From Reclinomonas americana ATCC 50394 (lineage: Eukaryota): 46,233 nucleotides of DNA. The DNA lies in the NCBI GenBank assembly GCA_048213135.1, contig PS015536.1, positions 8,294 to 54,526 on the forward strand, in the 5' to 3' direction. The notes beneath the pieces were generated by a model. That model saw nothing but the letters and a program-made list of their open reading frames with translations, had not been told where the DNA came from and did no database searches. This document shows, piece after piece, positions 36,359-46,233 of this stretch. The translations under genes and the position numbers were made by a program. Position 1 is the stretch's first letter. The number at the start of each line of letters is the position of its first letter.

Positions 36359-38289
36359 ATGCAGAGCGCGTCTCGCTTCCTTTTCCGCCTCGCATTCCTC
36401 TGCTGCCTCCTCCTCCTCTCCCACACCCCACTCTCCTCCTCCGCCACACACGACAACGACGCCTGCGAAGACAACTTTCCGTGGTCACTCTTCGCCCCAC
36501 GCTCATGGAGAATGGTGGTCGGCAGCGACGAGCTGCTCGACGATAGCATGCGTCCTTTACACAAGGGCGCCATGGCACACATTAGCACGCCCTTCCACCC
36601 ACGTCTGTCGCGTTGCCGATCGCCCTGGTTGACAATCACTCGTGAGGCAATGAGTCTGCGTGAACCGCGCGTCGGGCCCGCCCAGGTGCTGCAAGAGTAT
36701 GAGCCGTATGATATGATGGTGTCGACGGGGAATCCGCGGTGTACTCTGCGTCGACATCCGCGTTTTGATCGAGTTGAGTGAGGAGGGCATGGAGATGATG
36801 ATGATTGCCATTAGGCAGCTCAATTCCGTTCTCTTTCTGCAGCAACGTGTGCAGTACGCGATGCCTGTGCGACCGCCGCATGTGCGACCGGAGGGAGTTG
36901 GCTCGCCGTTTGATCCGCGTCCGGGTGGCATGATGGAGCACCGCTTTTCGAACCACATGCCATCGCACTCGATTGTTGTCGAGAATGCTGTTGCGTGTGT
37001 GCTCTTGGTTCTGTGCAATGCATCTTGAGCTCACTGGGAAAGAGAGCAGGTGGTGGCGCACAGTGGATTGGTGTTCACGCCCGAGTACATGCTGGCGCCG
37101 ATCTCCTGCGAGTCCTTCAACCCCGATTTCCCGATGCAGTGGGAGACCACCACCAGTGCCGTGCTGGTGGATGCCGTGTTGCCGCTGCTGCAGGCATTCT
37201 CCGGTGGCCTGTATCACACGGTGGGGGAGTCTCTGCCGCGGCTCATGCAGGTGTGGGACGAGGTGTATCCCGATCGGAGCATCGTGATTGCCACCACCAG
37301 CAGCGACTATGGAGCGCAAATGATGTATGATTTGTACGCGGCCGTGGGCATTCCGGCGGAGAGGGTGAGTGCGCGCCCTGTATGGGTGCAGAGAGAGTAT
37401 AGATAAGTAAGTGGTGACTGTGCGCTGTGTGTGTGTGTACGTGCAGATCATCCTCGATCCGCCGGCGATCCTGGCCAAGAAAGTCTACTTCGTTGGTGGT
37501 GTGTACTGCACCGATGCACAACGGTCGCTGGTGCACGAGATGAATCGTGTCTTTGACTTGCTGCACGGCGACATGGTGCGATCGGCTCTGCGCGAGCTGT
37601 GGCAACGTTGCGCGTGCATGAGCATTCATCTTTCATTGTCTTGTGTATCAACCACCACTTCGCTCGCTACAGCCAAGCGCTCAGTGCGGTTGCGTACCGA
37701 TACCCCGTCTGGACGTGCTCTCCGACGCGTTGTCGTCATCAGCCGGGAAGGCCGGCGAGTCTTGGCTCGTGAGAGCGAGGTGAGTCTCTGTTGTCCTTTT
37801 TCTGCTATCATCTGTTCAGGTCCGTTGACGATTGCGGCGTGCAGGTCGTGGAGGCCATGCGACGCGAGTTTCCACATTTCGACGTACATGTGCTGCCGGC
37901 CAGCACATCAGTCGCCGCTGGCATCCTTGCAGTGCGTCACGCGCACATTCTGTTCGGCGCACACGGAGCTGGCTTTGCGTACGCTGCTTTCGGTGCCACT
38001 CGCCCGTGTGCCCACGTGGAGATCACGTACGGCCGTCGCCTCCCCTACTTTATGAAGTGGAACCCGTGCCAGATGATCCTGTCGGCGCCACACGTTCGTC
38101 GCCATCGCTTTTGCGGAGAAAATCCGACGCAGTCGCCACTGACTTGTTGGTCTGCAGGGTTGCAAGCCGTTCTTCCTGTTCGACGACGACGCGGAACAGC
38201 ATGCACCGGCACTCAAGGCCCCATGGGACGATATTCGATGGCTCCTGCAACAGGCAGACGAGTGGCTGGACTCGCAGCGATTGCCGTGA
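36359..38289 (+). CDS. GT61-like protein, paralog 3
   Basis: Signal peptide MQSASRFLFRLAFLCCLLLLS, FPWSLF, YHTVGESLPRL, ILFGAHGAG...VEI. Confidence 0.8.
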
Positions 38290-38476
38290 AAGTAAGTCAC
38301 ATGTACGTGATCGATCGGCCTGTCGAAGTCCGCAGCGACGAAAGCGCGAAAAAAGCCGCCTGTCGCTGGCCAGCGGAGCTCACCTCCATGCGCCATCACG
38401 TCGAGCCACGCGTCCGCTCGAGAGAATGAAGACGTTCATCGCGACTTGTCCTTTGTCATCTTCGTCAAATTCAATC

Positions 38477-41246
38477 ATGAGTGCCGAGGGGGAGGCGAGT
38501 GGCTCATCGCCCACCATGTCAGACATCACATCGCTCATGTCGCAACGCCAGTGGAAGCGCGCCGACGAGCAGCTCACGGCCATGCTCACCGATTCCTCTG
38601 CTCCTGCAGTTGCTTCCACACAGATGTTTTTTCGCGCGCAAATCACACACTCTCTCTCAACTGAGGATTGCTACAGACTCAACGCGCGGCCGCACTGCTT
38701 GCACGGAGTGTGACGCGAGTGCGACAGACAGAGTCAGTCGACTTGGAGTTCTCACAGAGCGCAGAGGTGATTGAGCGGCGAACGGAGTTGTTGAATCAAG
38801 TGAGTGTGTGTGCCTCTCTCCGGGAGCCCTGATTCACGCACTCACTCGGGCGGTCGTCTTGCAAGGCACTGGCGGATGTGGAAGCTGCGCGAGAGGCCGA
38901 CAGCGGCATGTCGCCAGTGGTCTATCTGATGCATAAGGGCGACGCGCTGGTGCATCGCAAGTCGGTGCCTGGATCAATCCGCGAAGGTCACTCGCCCCGA
39001 GCAAGCAAAAAGCTGTGCTGTGTGTGCTCACGGCCTCTCTCCGTGCAGGACTCACGTGCCTGCTGCAGGCCGCTGAGCAGGAGCCAGAGAACGCCGAGTG
39101 CCTGATTCGTTTGGGTCATGCGCACTTGAGCTGTGCGGACTTGGCCAGCGCCGAGGCAGCGTGGCGCAAGGCCGTGGGCCTGGCGCCCGACTCGGTGGAG
39201 GCCGTGCACTGGCTGGCGGTGGCGTTGGACTTGCTGGGCCGAGGCCACGAGTCGGTGTCGATGTTCATTGTTGAGTTGTCGCGCGGGAAGGCAATGAGAT
39301 CCCACAGACTCATCGCCACTTGTGCACACAGCGTGCAGTCAAGTTGGAGGCCAACGACGCCGAGATCTACATTCACCGCGGCATGGCGATGGAGCGGCTG
39401 AAGAGAGTTTCGTCCTTGCGTGCATCTCATACGATAATGATCTGGGCGGCTGACTGGGGCCGGCACACAGTTCCACGAAGCGTTCACCGATTACGAACAA
39501 GCCGTGGCACTCGAGCCCAACAACCCACGCGCTCTGCGGCTGCGTGGTCAGCTCCACTTGTCCATGGGCAAGCCGGTGCTAGCTGAGCGCGATCTGACCG
39601 CGTCGGTGAGATCACCTTTCTTTGCACACTCAGTGTGTCTGCCACTTGTCTCACTTGTCGTGTGGCAGATCACGTTGTGCCCAGAGCAAGACTTTTTGGT
39701 GTATGCGTTGCGTGCGCGCTCCTTTGATGCCATTTGCTCCGTGACGCAGTCGGGTCGGGAAACCGAGGCACCCGTGGACCCGGCCGCCCTCGGCACGATG
39801 GCGCAGCGTTCCGTTGCCGATCTCACGCACGTGTTGAGCAAGGTACGCATCGTGAGGTCGAATCGAGAGACTATGTCGTTGATGCTGACCTGCCGTACAC
39901 AGGATCCGAAAAACCTCGATGCGCTGCGTGGCCGTGCAGCCATTCGGGCCAACTATCTGCAAGAGATCGACGCGGCGCTGCAGGTGTGTGTGACTCGTAT
40001 CGCGCGTGCACTCACACTGTCGTTGGTCTTGACTCTTGCATGCATCAGGACTACGAACGTGTCATTGAGTTGGACCCCGATCCAATGCCAACGGTTTTGC
40101 TCTCCTACGCCAGGCTAATGTGCCTCCACTGCCCCGACAACAAGTACGCAGCACTCGATGCGTTCTCGCGCAGCATCCATGCGATGGAGCGTGAGGTGAT
40201 TCTTTGTCATGCGCTGGTGCGACTGCATGTGTGTGTCTCGTTGCTCACATTGGCGCCATATCAAGTCCGACCGCGGCTACTGGTCGGCCGAGTTGTGTGA
40301 CGCGCTGTACGATCAAGCGTGGATCGAGCGTGAGTTGGGCCTGTACGAGGAGGCCGTGCGCGACTACTCGCGGATTGGGCACATTGAGAAGATCCAGCCC
40401 GACGTGTTCCCCCGCTGGCTGATGGAGCGCGCGGCCGATCGCATTGTGCTGAACGATCAGTTGCGTGTTGATGGCATTCACAGTTTTGTGATTCGTCATC
40501 CTCACTCTCGTCTTTCTCTGGCATGCAGTGCTCTGGCGATGCGCGATCTGCTGGCCGTCCTGCACCACTCACCCGACAGCACCGATGCACAGGAGACCAT
40601 GCAGGAGCTGGTGTCGCGCGGATGCACAGCGGCCGATGCCGCCACCGAGGATCTGGATCCGGTGTCGCCTCCGGGCCTGCTGTTCTCCATTCGTCGTCTG
40701 AAGGCGCGAGGCAGCGAGATGCTGCGCGAGGAGGGCGTTCCACTGGAGCACTGTGTGGCGCAGTACGAGCGCACAGTGGGTTTCTTCGAGGAGCTGGAGA
40801 AGCACAAGCGCAAGATGACCGAGGAGGAGAGGGAAGAGGAACGCAGATTGCGCATCTCCATCCACAACAACATTGCGCTGTGCCAGTTGCGCGGCGGCCG
40901 TCCGGACGCGGCTCGTGCCCTGTGCGCGCAGGTGTTGGAGTTGGATCCGAGCAACATCAAGGCCCGCATGCATCTTTTCATGGTGGCCACGGCGCAGCAC
41001 AACGACGTGGAGGCGCTGAAGGCGCTGGAGAGCGTCGAGGATCAGCTGCCCGAAGAATTCCGCAGGTGCGTTCTTGTGCACGCCGACTCTTATCACCTGC
41101 TTGCTTACTCATGTTGTATACTGCCAAACAGCCGTCTGGACGAGCTCCGACGACGAGTGGGTGACGTGCCAGCTGAAGTCGCCGCCGCCGCCGCCGTTGT
41201 GGAGGCACCGCCACCGGCCGAGGTGTCAGCCGAACCGGCACCATAG
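38477..41246 (+). CDS. Multi-TPR protein
   Basis: Repeated TPR motifs: AEAAWRKAVGLAPDS, AFTDYEQAVALEPNNPRALRLRG, DYERVIELDP, NNIALCQLR...VLELDPSNIKA. Confidence 0.85.
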
Positions 41247-41393
41247 ATGTAGACGGAGGGGTACTGGCCTGCGGAGTGGATGTGAGTGAACAAGAGCTTC
41301 ACGAACCTCACAGGGTGAACTTCGAGCTGGGAGTTGTCCCTGCGTCCGTGTAGGGCGTCGGTGTGGGCCGGTCGGTGTAATTCGTTTAGTACC

Positions 41394-44300
41394 ATGGGTC
41401 AGAAGCAGTCGCGCAGTGGTGGTGCTGGCGGCCTGTACGCCGGCGATGGCTCCGCGCGAGTGGTCGACCTGCCGTGCACTGCCTTTGGCAGCTCACAACC
41501 TGTGCTGCTCGTCGGTCCCAACATGAATGACAATGCGATCATTGTGGTGCAGACACTGCAGATTCGTTGCGTAGGGTGTTGCAAGAGAAGACTGGGAGCA
41601 GTGCTGAGGGTGCGGGTGCATGCATGTGTCGCGGAATAACTGTTGTCTCTTATGTGAGAAAGAGACGTACTTGACTTGCATGGTGTGCACACGCTCTCTT
41701 GCGAGTATGTACAAGAGCACGTGTCTGTCTCTCCCCGTCCGCCTGTGTGTGCGTGTGTGTGAGAGAGAGGAAGAGCGAGGACATGGCAATGACCGACCCC
41801 CTTTCCACTCTCACAGAGAAGCGCAAGACCGACGCGCAGCTCAAGTGGAAGACCACACTGACACGCGAGGCGCTGTGTGCGACCATCTGCGAGGACAAGT
41901 ACGTGGCGGTGGGATTTGGCGACGGAAGTGTCACAGTCTTTGAGGTTTGCATGCCTTCCGCATGTTGTGAAGAAAGTGACACTGAGGTGCGCGCTCTTTT
42001 TTTCCCCTCCGTGTGACAGCTGGAGGGTGGCAAGGAGATTGCCGTGCTGGCGGCTGCAGTGGCGTCTGGAGCACGTGCACCGGCCATCACTGCCGTGTGT
42101 GCCGTGGACAAGTCGCGCATTCTCACTGGTGAGCGCGTCTCTCAAACGAAGCTCGTTTTTTGTGATTGATGTTTGATGCCGTGTGCCAGGTGGCACCGAT
42201 GGACTTGTGCGTCTGTGGTCGGTGGATGAGAGCGCTCTGCTGCGACAATTCGCCGATACGGCGGCGATCTTGGCGGATACGGATCCCGCGGCGCCGGTCC
42301 CATCGCCCTCGTCGTCGTCTTCGTTGCCGCCGAGTGTGTCGGCTCTGAGCGTCTCGCGAGCGTACTTTACGGGTCCGCCGCAGATCTTTGTGTCGGCCGG
42401 CTACGACAATGGCAATGTGACGCAGTTTGATTTGGAGACGGGAGCGCAGGCAAGTCGCTGCCGCTCTGCCGACGAGGCGTGCACTCCCTTACCTATTGCC
42501 ATGCAGACCGTGTCTCTGGGTGCTGGAGCCTCATCCGGACCGCGAGTCATCAGCTTGGCCACATACACCAGTGCCCGCTTGCTGTTGTTTTGCACCTCGG
42601 ACGGCCTTTTGCATGGGTGGAACCTCGAGGGCTCCCAGATCACGCAGAACATTGCGTATGCGGCGCTCAGTCTCGTGTACGTCACTACAGTCGACGGCGT
42701 GCTGGCGGCCGACCGCGACGGCAATGTGTCGCTGATTCGGCGATCGGGTGATGGCCAGTCGCTGCATCTGGAGCGCGTGTGGAAGGTGGCCAGCAACATT
42801 GCCCTCACGCGACTGGTGTACTCGGAGGCGTACGACGCGTGCTTCATTGCCGGTGGTGACATGTCGGTGCGCTTCGCCGTCAAGATGTTTGAGCTGGCCG
42901 GGCTCAACATTGACGCGCTGCGGGGTGAGTTTTGCGCAACTCGTCAATCTACCAACTATACAAGCTCTCACCGTGCACCCACCCACGTGCAGTATCTGCG
43001 GCCAAGGCCAGCACGTTGAGCGCTGATGAAGGTCGGTGGTGGTGCACGCGAGAGAGATACACTGTTGTTTGCGCAAGAGCCTGACGAGCGTTGAGTTGCA
43101 GTTCACGATTTGGTGCATCAGCTGATCGCGCTGGGTTTGGAGCACGAGGTTGACGAGGAGGACGCCCTTACCGGTAGCATTCTGGGTGTGTGTGCATACT
43201 CCGTGCGCGCTGGTGTTTCCTCTGCCTCCTGACGTGTGAGTGCAGGTGCCATGTCGGAGGTGGAAGCCAAGGAGCTGTCCATGGGCAAAGTGTGCGACAT
43301 TTTGGACGAGCGCGCCAGCATGATTCCATCGCAGGCACCGCTTGCCGCCATCAGCGATTCGATTCGCGACGGTGTGCAACAGCTGAATGCAGAGCTCGGT
43401 CACTCGCTGCAGCAGCACGTGGACGAGGCGGTGGCGGCGCGCTCCCGCATTGCCAAGCGCTACCATGCTCACCTCATTCCGACCTACGGCAAGGCGCAGC
43501 TGGAGTCGGCGCACAACTATCTCATGCAGGAGATGCTTGAGCGCCATCAACGCGAACTCGAGGAGTTGTCGGTGAGTGCTTCATTTTCTTATTTGCGGAT
43601 GCTGTCGGAAGCTCACCCATGCGTCTCGACAGGCTCACTGCAAGGAGGAGCTGCGACGCTTCGAAAGCGAGATTCCTGTGGCGCACGAGCAGGCGGCTGG
43701 CGAAATGGACGCAGTGGTGCAGAATGCGGAGAAGCGGCGCCACCAGCTCGAGTCGCAGACTTGTACTCGACTCTTGTCGCTCCTCGACGAACGGCTATCG
43801 TACCCCAAGTTCAGCGCCCGCTACTTGATAGGTTGGTGTTCTGGCGACGGGGAGGGTGTTGTGTTCTTTTTGTGTTGACGCCTTGTGTTGTGCATGTGCA
43901 GTGTGTCCCATTGATTTCAAACGACCGGAGCTCGACGTGTACTGTGGCCTCGACACCGAGCAGTCGGAGCAGGTGACTGTCAGAATATACCCGGGCGAGC
44001 ACTACCCACTCGAGCCCGTCTTGCGCAACCACAGCGGCGTGCTGCAAGTGCGCGATGTGGTGTACCATTCGGGCAAGACGTACGTCATCCTCGAGCACGT
44101 GCGGGTGCGTCACTTCCCTTTGTTGCTATCACTTGAGTCATGTGTGTTGCTGATGAGTGGTGACGTGCAGGAAACACTGGCGCAGTTCGTGGAGCGTATG
44201 ACCGGTCCGTCCAGCAGCGACCGCCTCGACGAGGAGGTGGTGGCACGCATCACATTCTCAGTGTTGCGTCATTGCTCGCAATCTCGACCCGGTCACATCA

Positions 44301-45881
44301 CTTACAAGGCACGCACGCAGTTTGGACACGCTGGCCGCCTTGCACACAAACAAGGTGACCCACCGCGACATTCGGCCGTCGCACATTTTCCTGGCGGGCT
44401 CCGAGCGCGAGCCGGAAGTCAAGCTGCTGCACGTGGGTCTTCGCGCCGCACTCACTGGTCTGGAGGCCACCGAGTTCAACACGGTAGGCGACCATGATGC
44501 CCGCCGTCACCGTGTTCCCAATGCGCACCTCATTCGTGTGTGCCGGCGCAGATTTTTGGCGCTCCAGAGCTGCTGCTCTGCCGCATGATGTACGACAGCG
44601 ATATTTGGGCGGCCGGCATGGTCATTCTGTCAATGTTGCAGAGTCGGGGTCAGCGTCAGGAGCCGCTGTTGTTGGGCGACCGCACCAGCATCTTCCGTGC
44701 CATGTTCCAGGTGCGTGGGACACTTTTCGGTCGCTTCGTGTGTCGGTGCGGTTTCTGATTTTCTGTCTGTGGTGCAGCTGCTGTCGGTGTCGGGCGATGA
44801 AGCGTATCACTTTTCAAAGAACTGCGGACTCACCGACGAGGATGCCGACAAGTATGCGCAAGTCGCCGACGCGGAATCGGCCAAGTCCGCTCACCGCCTG
44901 CGTGACGTGCGTGTGTCGGAACAGTGTCGGACGCGACCCTTCACGCGTTGACCCTCTCTATCGGTACAGGTCATTGAGGGCGCATCGGCACGCGGTATCG
45001 ACGTGGTGCTCATGATGCTAGCGTTCTTGCCGGAGAAGCGGTGAGCTCGCGCAGCATTTGACGTCGCAACGTGGTGAATGGTCTCTAAAAATGTTGATGC
45101 TCTCGTCAGTGCGACGCTGCACGAAGCCATGCAGCACTCGTTCTTCTCGCAGTTCGATCTGGTACCCAAGACGCCGGCACTCCCACCACGCGCGGCTGTG
45201 GCGACCACATTCAGTTGCGTGCAAGTGTCTCTTTCGCTTTGCAGTCGTCACGCTGAAAGAAGGATTTGCAGCTCGCGCTGTGCCTGCCGTGGCCGTCGCT
45301 GCCCCTCCACCGCCCACTGCTGCCACTGCTGCTGCTGCTGCACCTGCGGTTGCCGTGGCCGCCCCACCAGCTGCTGCTGCTGCTGCTGCTGCTGCCTATC
45401 CGTCTCCTCCACCCGCCCCGCCCGCTGTGGCAGTCGCGGCGCAGCCACCACCACCACCACCTGCTGTTGCTGTGGCATCACCGCCAGTGGCTNNNNNNNN
45501 NNNNNNNNNNNNGTCGCATCTCCACCACCACCGGCCGTGGCAGTTGCCGCGAAACCTGCAGTCGCCGTCGCCAAGCCACCGTCCCCACCACCGCCGCCAG
45601 CAACGGTCGAAGAACCGTCTGAGAAGGCCGCCGCCGTCGCCGCCGCCGTGGAGGAGCCGACTGCTGAGACCGCATCGACTGAGGAGACCTCGATTCCCGC
45701 TGCTGCTGCTGCTGATGCTGATGCAGCGGTTGGCGGTGCAGAGGAAGGCGAGGAGGAGGCCGAAGCCGAGGCCGAGGAGGGTGCAGAGGAAGAGGGCGAT
45801 GCATCCGGATCAAAGCCGAGCGCGCCGTCTGCTGCAGCATCGGGTGGCAAGAAAAAGCGCGGCAAGAACAACCGCCGCTGA
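41394..45881 (+). CDS. Putatively N-myristoylated WD40 + coiled-coil + pseudokinase + Pro/Ala-rich and acidic tail protein
   Basis: MGQKQS start; WD motifs VAVGFGDGSVTVFE, ILTGGTDGLVRLWS, SDGLLHGWN; kinase fold HRDIRPSHIF, GAPEL, DIWAAG, KRATLHEAMQHSFF. A small gap lies at 45493-45512. Confidence 0.7.
45493..45512. other. Assembly gap (N run)
   Basis: Ns. Confidence 1.
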
Positions 45882-45995
45882 GGGGAGGGGGGAACGAATG
45901 CGTTTCTGTATCTCAGAGAAACACGAAACAAACATAAACTAGCCGCTTTATCCTTATTCTGTTACTACAACAACAACAAACATGTAAACAGGGGC

Positions 45996-46233
45996 TCAAT
46001 ACGACTGGCCCGTCACCATGCCCACATCGACGAAAATGTCCTCGAGAGCTGTGCGATGCGAGTGAGTTGTCAGCCGACAGAATGAAGAGTGCAGCGCGCA
46101 CGCAACTGGTTTCGGTGATGGACCAGTCGCGTATTCTGAACGCTGCTCTGTTGGCTTCCATAATACCAAACACGCGAGACAGTCGTGTCCTTCGGGCCGG
46201 AAACTGCATCGACGGATGACGAGTGAGATGCGG
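45996..46233 (-). CDS. C-terminal end of an ABCA-subfamily ABC transporter (partial)
   Basis: LSRVFGIMEANRAAFRIRDWSITET|TLEDIFVDV, typical of the ABCA C-terminus. TGA at 45998-45996. Confidence 0.75.
   Translation of the reverse strand, partial: RISLVIRRCSFRPEGHDCLACLVLWKPTEQRSEYATGPSPKPVACALHSSFCRLTTHSHRTALEDIFVDVGMVTGQSY

Noticed and set aside
41394-45881. Calling the WD40-pseudokinase VPS15
   Set aside because: Domain order is reversed and no HEAT region is seen.
1795-45998. No TAA among 14 identified stop codons: possible codon reassignment
   Set aside because: No in-frame TAA, TAG or TGA was found in any reconstructed exon, and conserved proteins read with the standard code. High GC can explain TAA rarity.
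7054-46106. GTTGCG introns as non-canonical TT-starting introns (G|TTGCG) or as U12-type introns
   Set aside because: Conserved HDAC and PAN2 residues require cleavage before the G and after AG. There is no RTATCCTT donor or TCCTTAAC branch motif.
7054-46106. GTTGCG introns as an introner or transposon family
   Set aside because: Intron bodies share no similarity, terminal repeats or target duplications, and the class switches at homologous positions.

Overview
Gene-dense, GC-rich eukaryotic (protist-like) draft scaffold with five N-gaps and many short spliceosomal introns (mostly about 55-100 nt). The six-frame ORF list is largely misleading, so genes were rebuilt by hand exon by exon. Genes: RBR E3 ligase with three NAC/HYPK-type UBA repeats (-), CCCH zinc-finger fragment (+), class I HDAC (-), PAN2 (+), F-box/LRR protein (+), mitochondrial IMP peptidase (-), NDUFV1 (+), NIPP1/PPP1R8 (-), EF-hand-Fcf2 fusion (+), cytosolic IRE1/RNase L-like kinase-KEN protein flanked by putative RRM and cold-shock domains (+), three tandem GT61 glycosyltransferases (+), TPR protein (+), putatively myristoylated WD40-pseudokinase (+), and the 3' end of an ABCA transporter (-). 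The main signal is a two-class 5' splice-site code. Exons ending in G are followed by ordinary donors (GTGCGT/GTGAGT etc.). Exons ending in A/C/T are nearly always followed by a one-nucleotide-shifted donor, GTTGCG(T), with C at +5 and G at +6. The class switches with synonymous exon-end changes among the GT61 paralogs. No RNA genes, CRISPR arrays or mobile elements could be supported. All counts are manual tallies.
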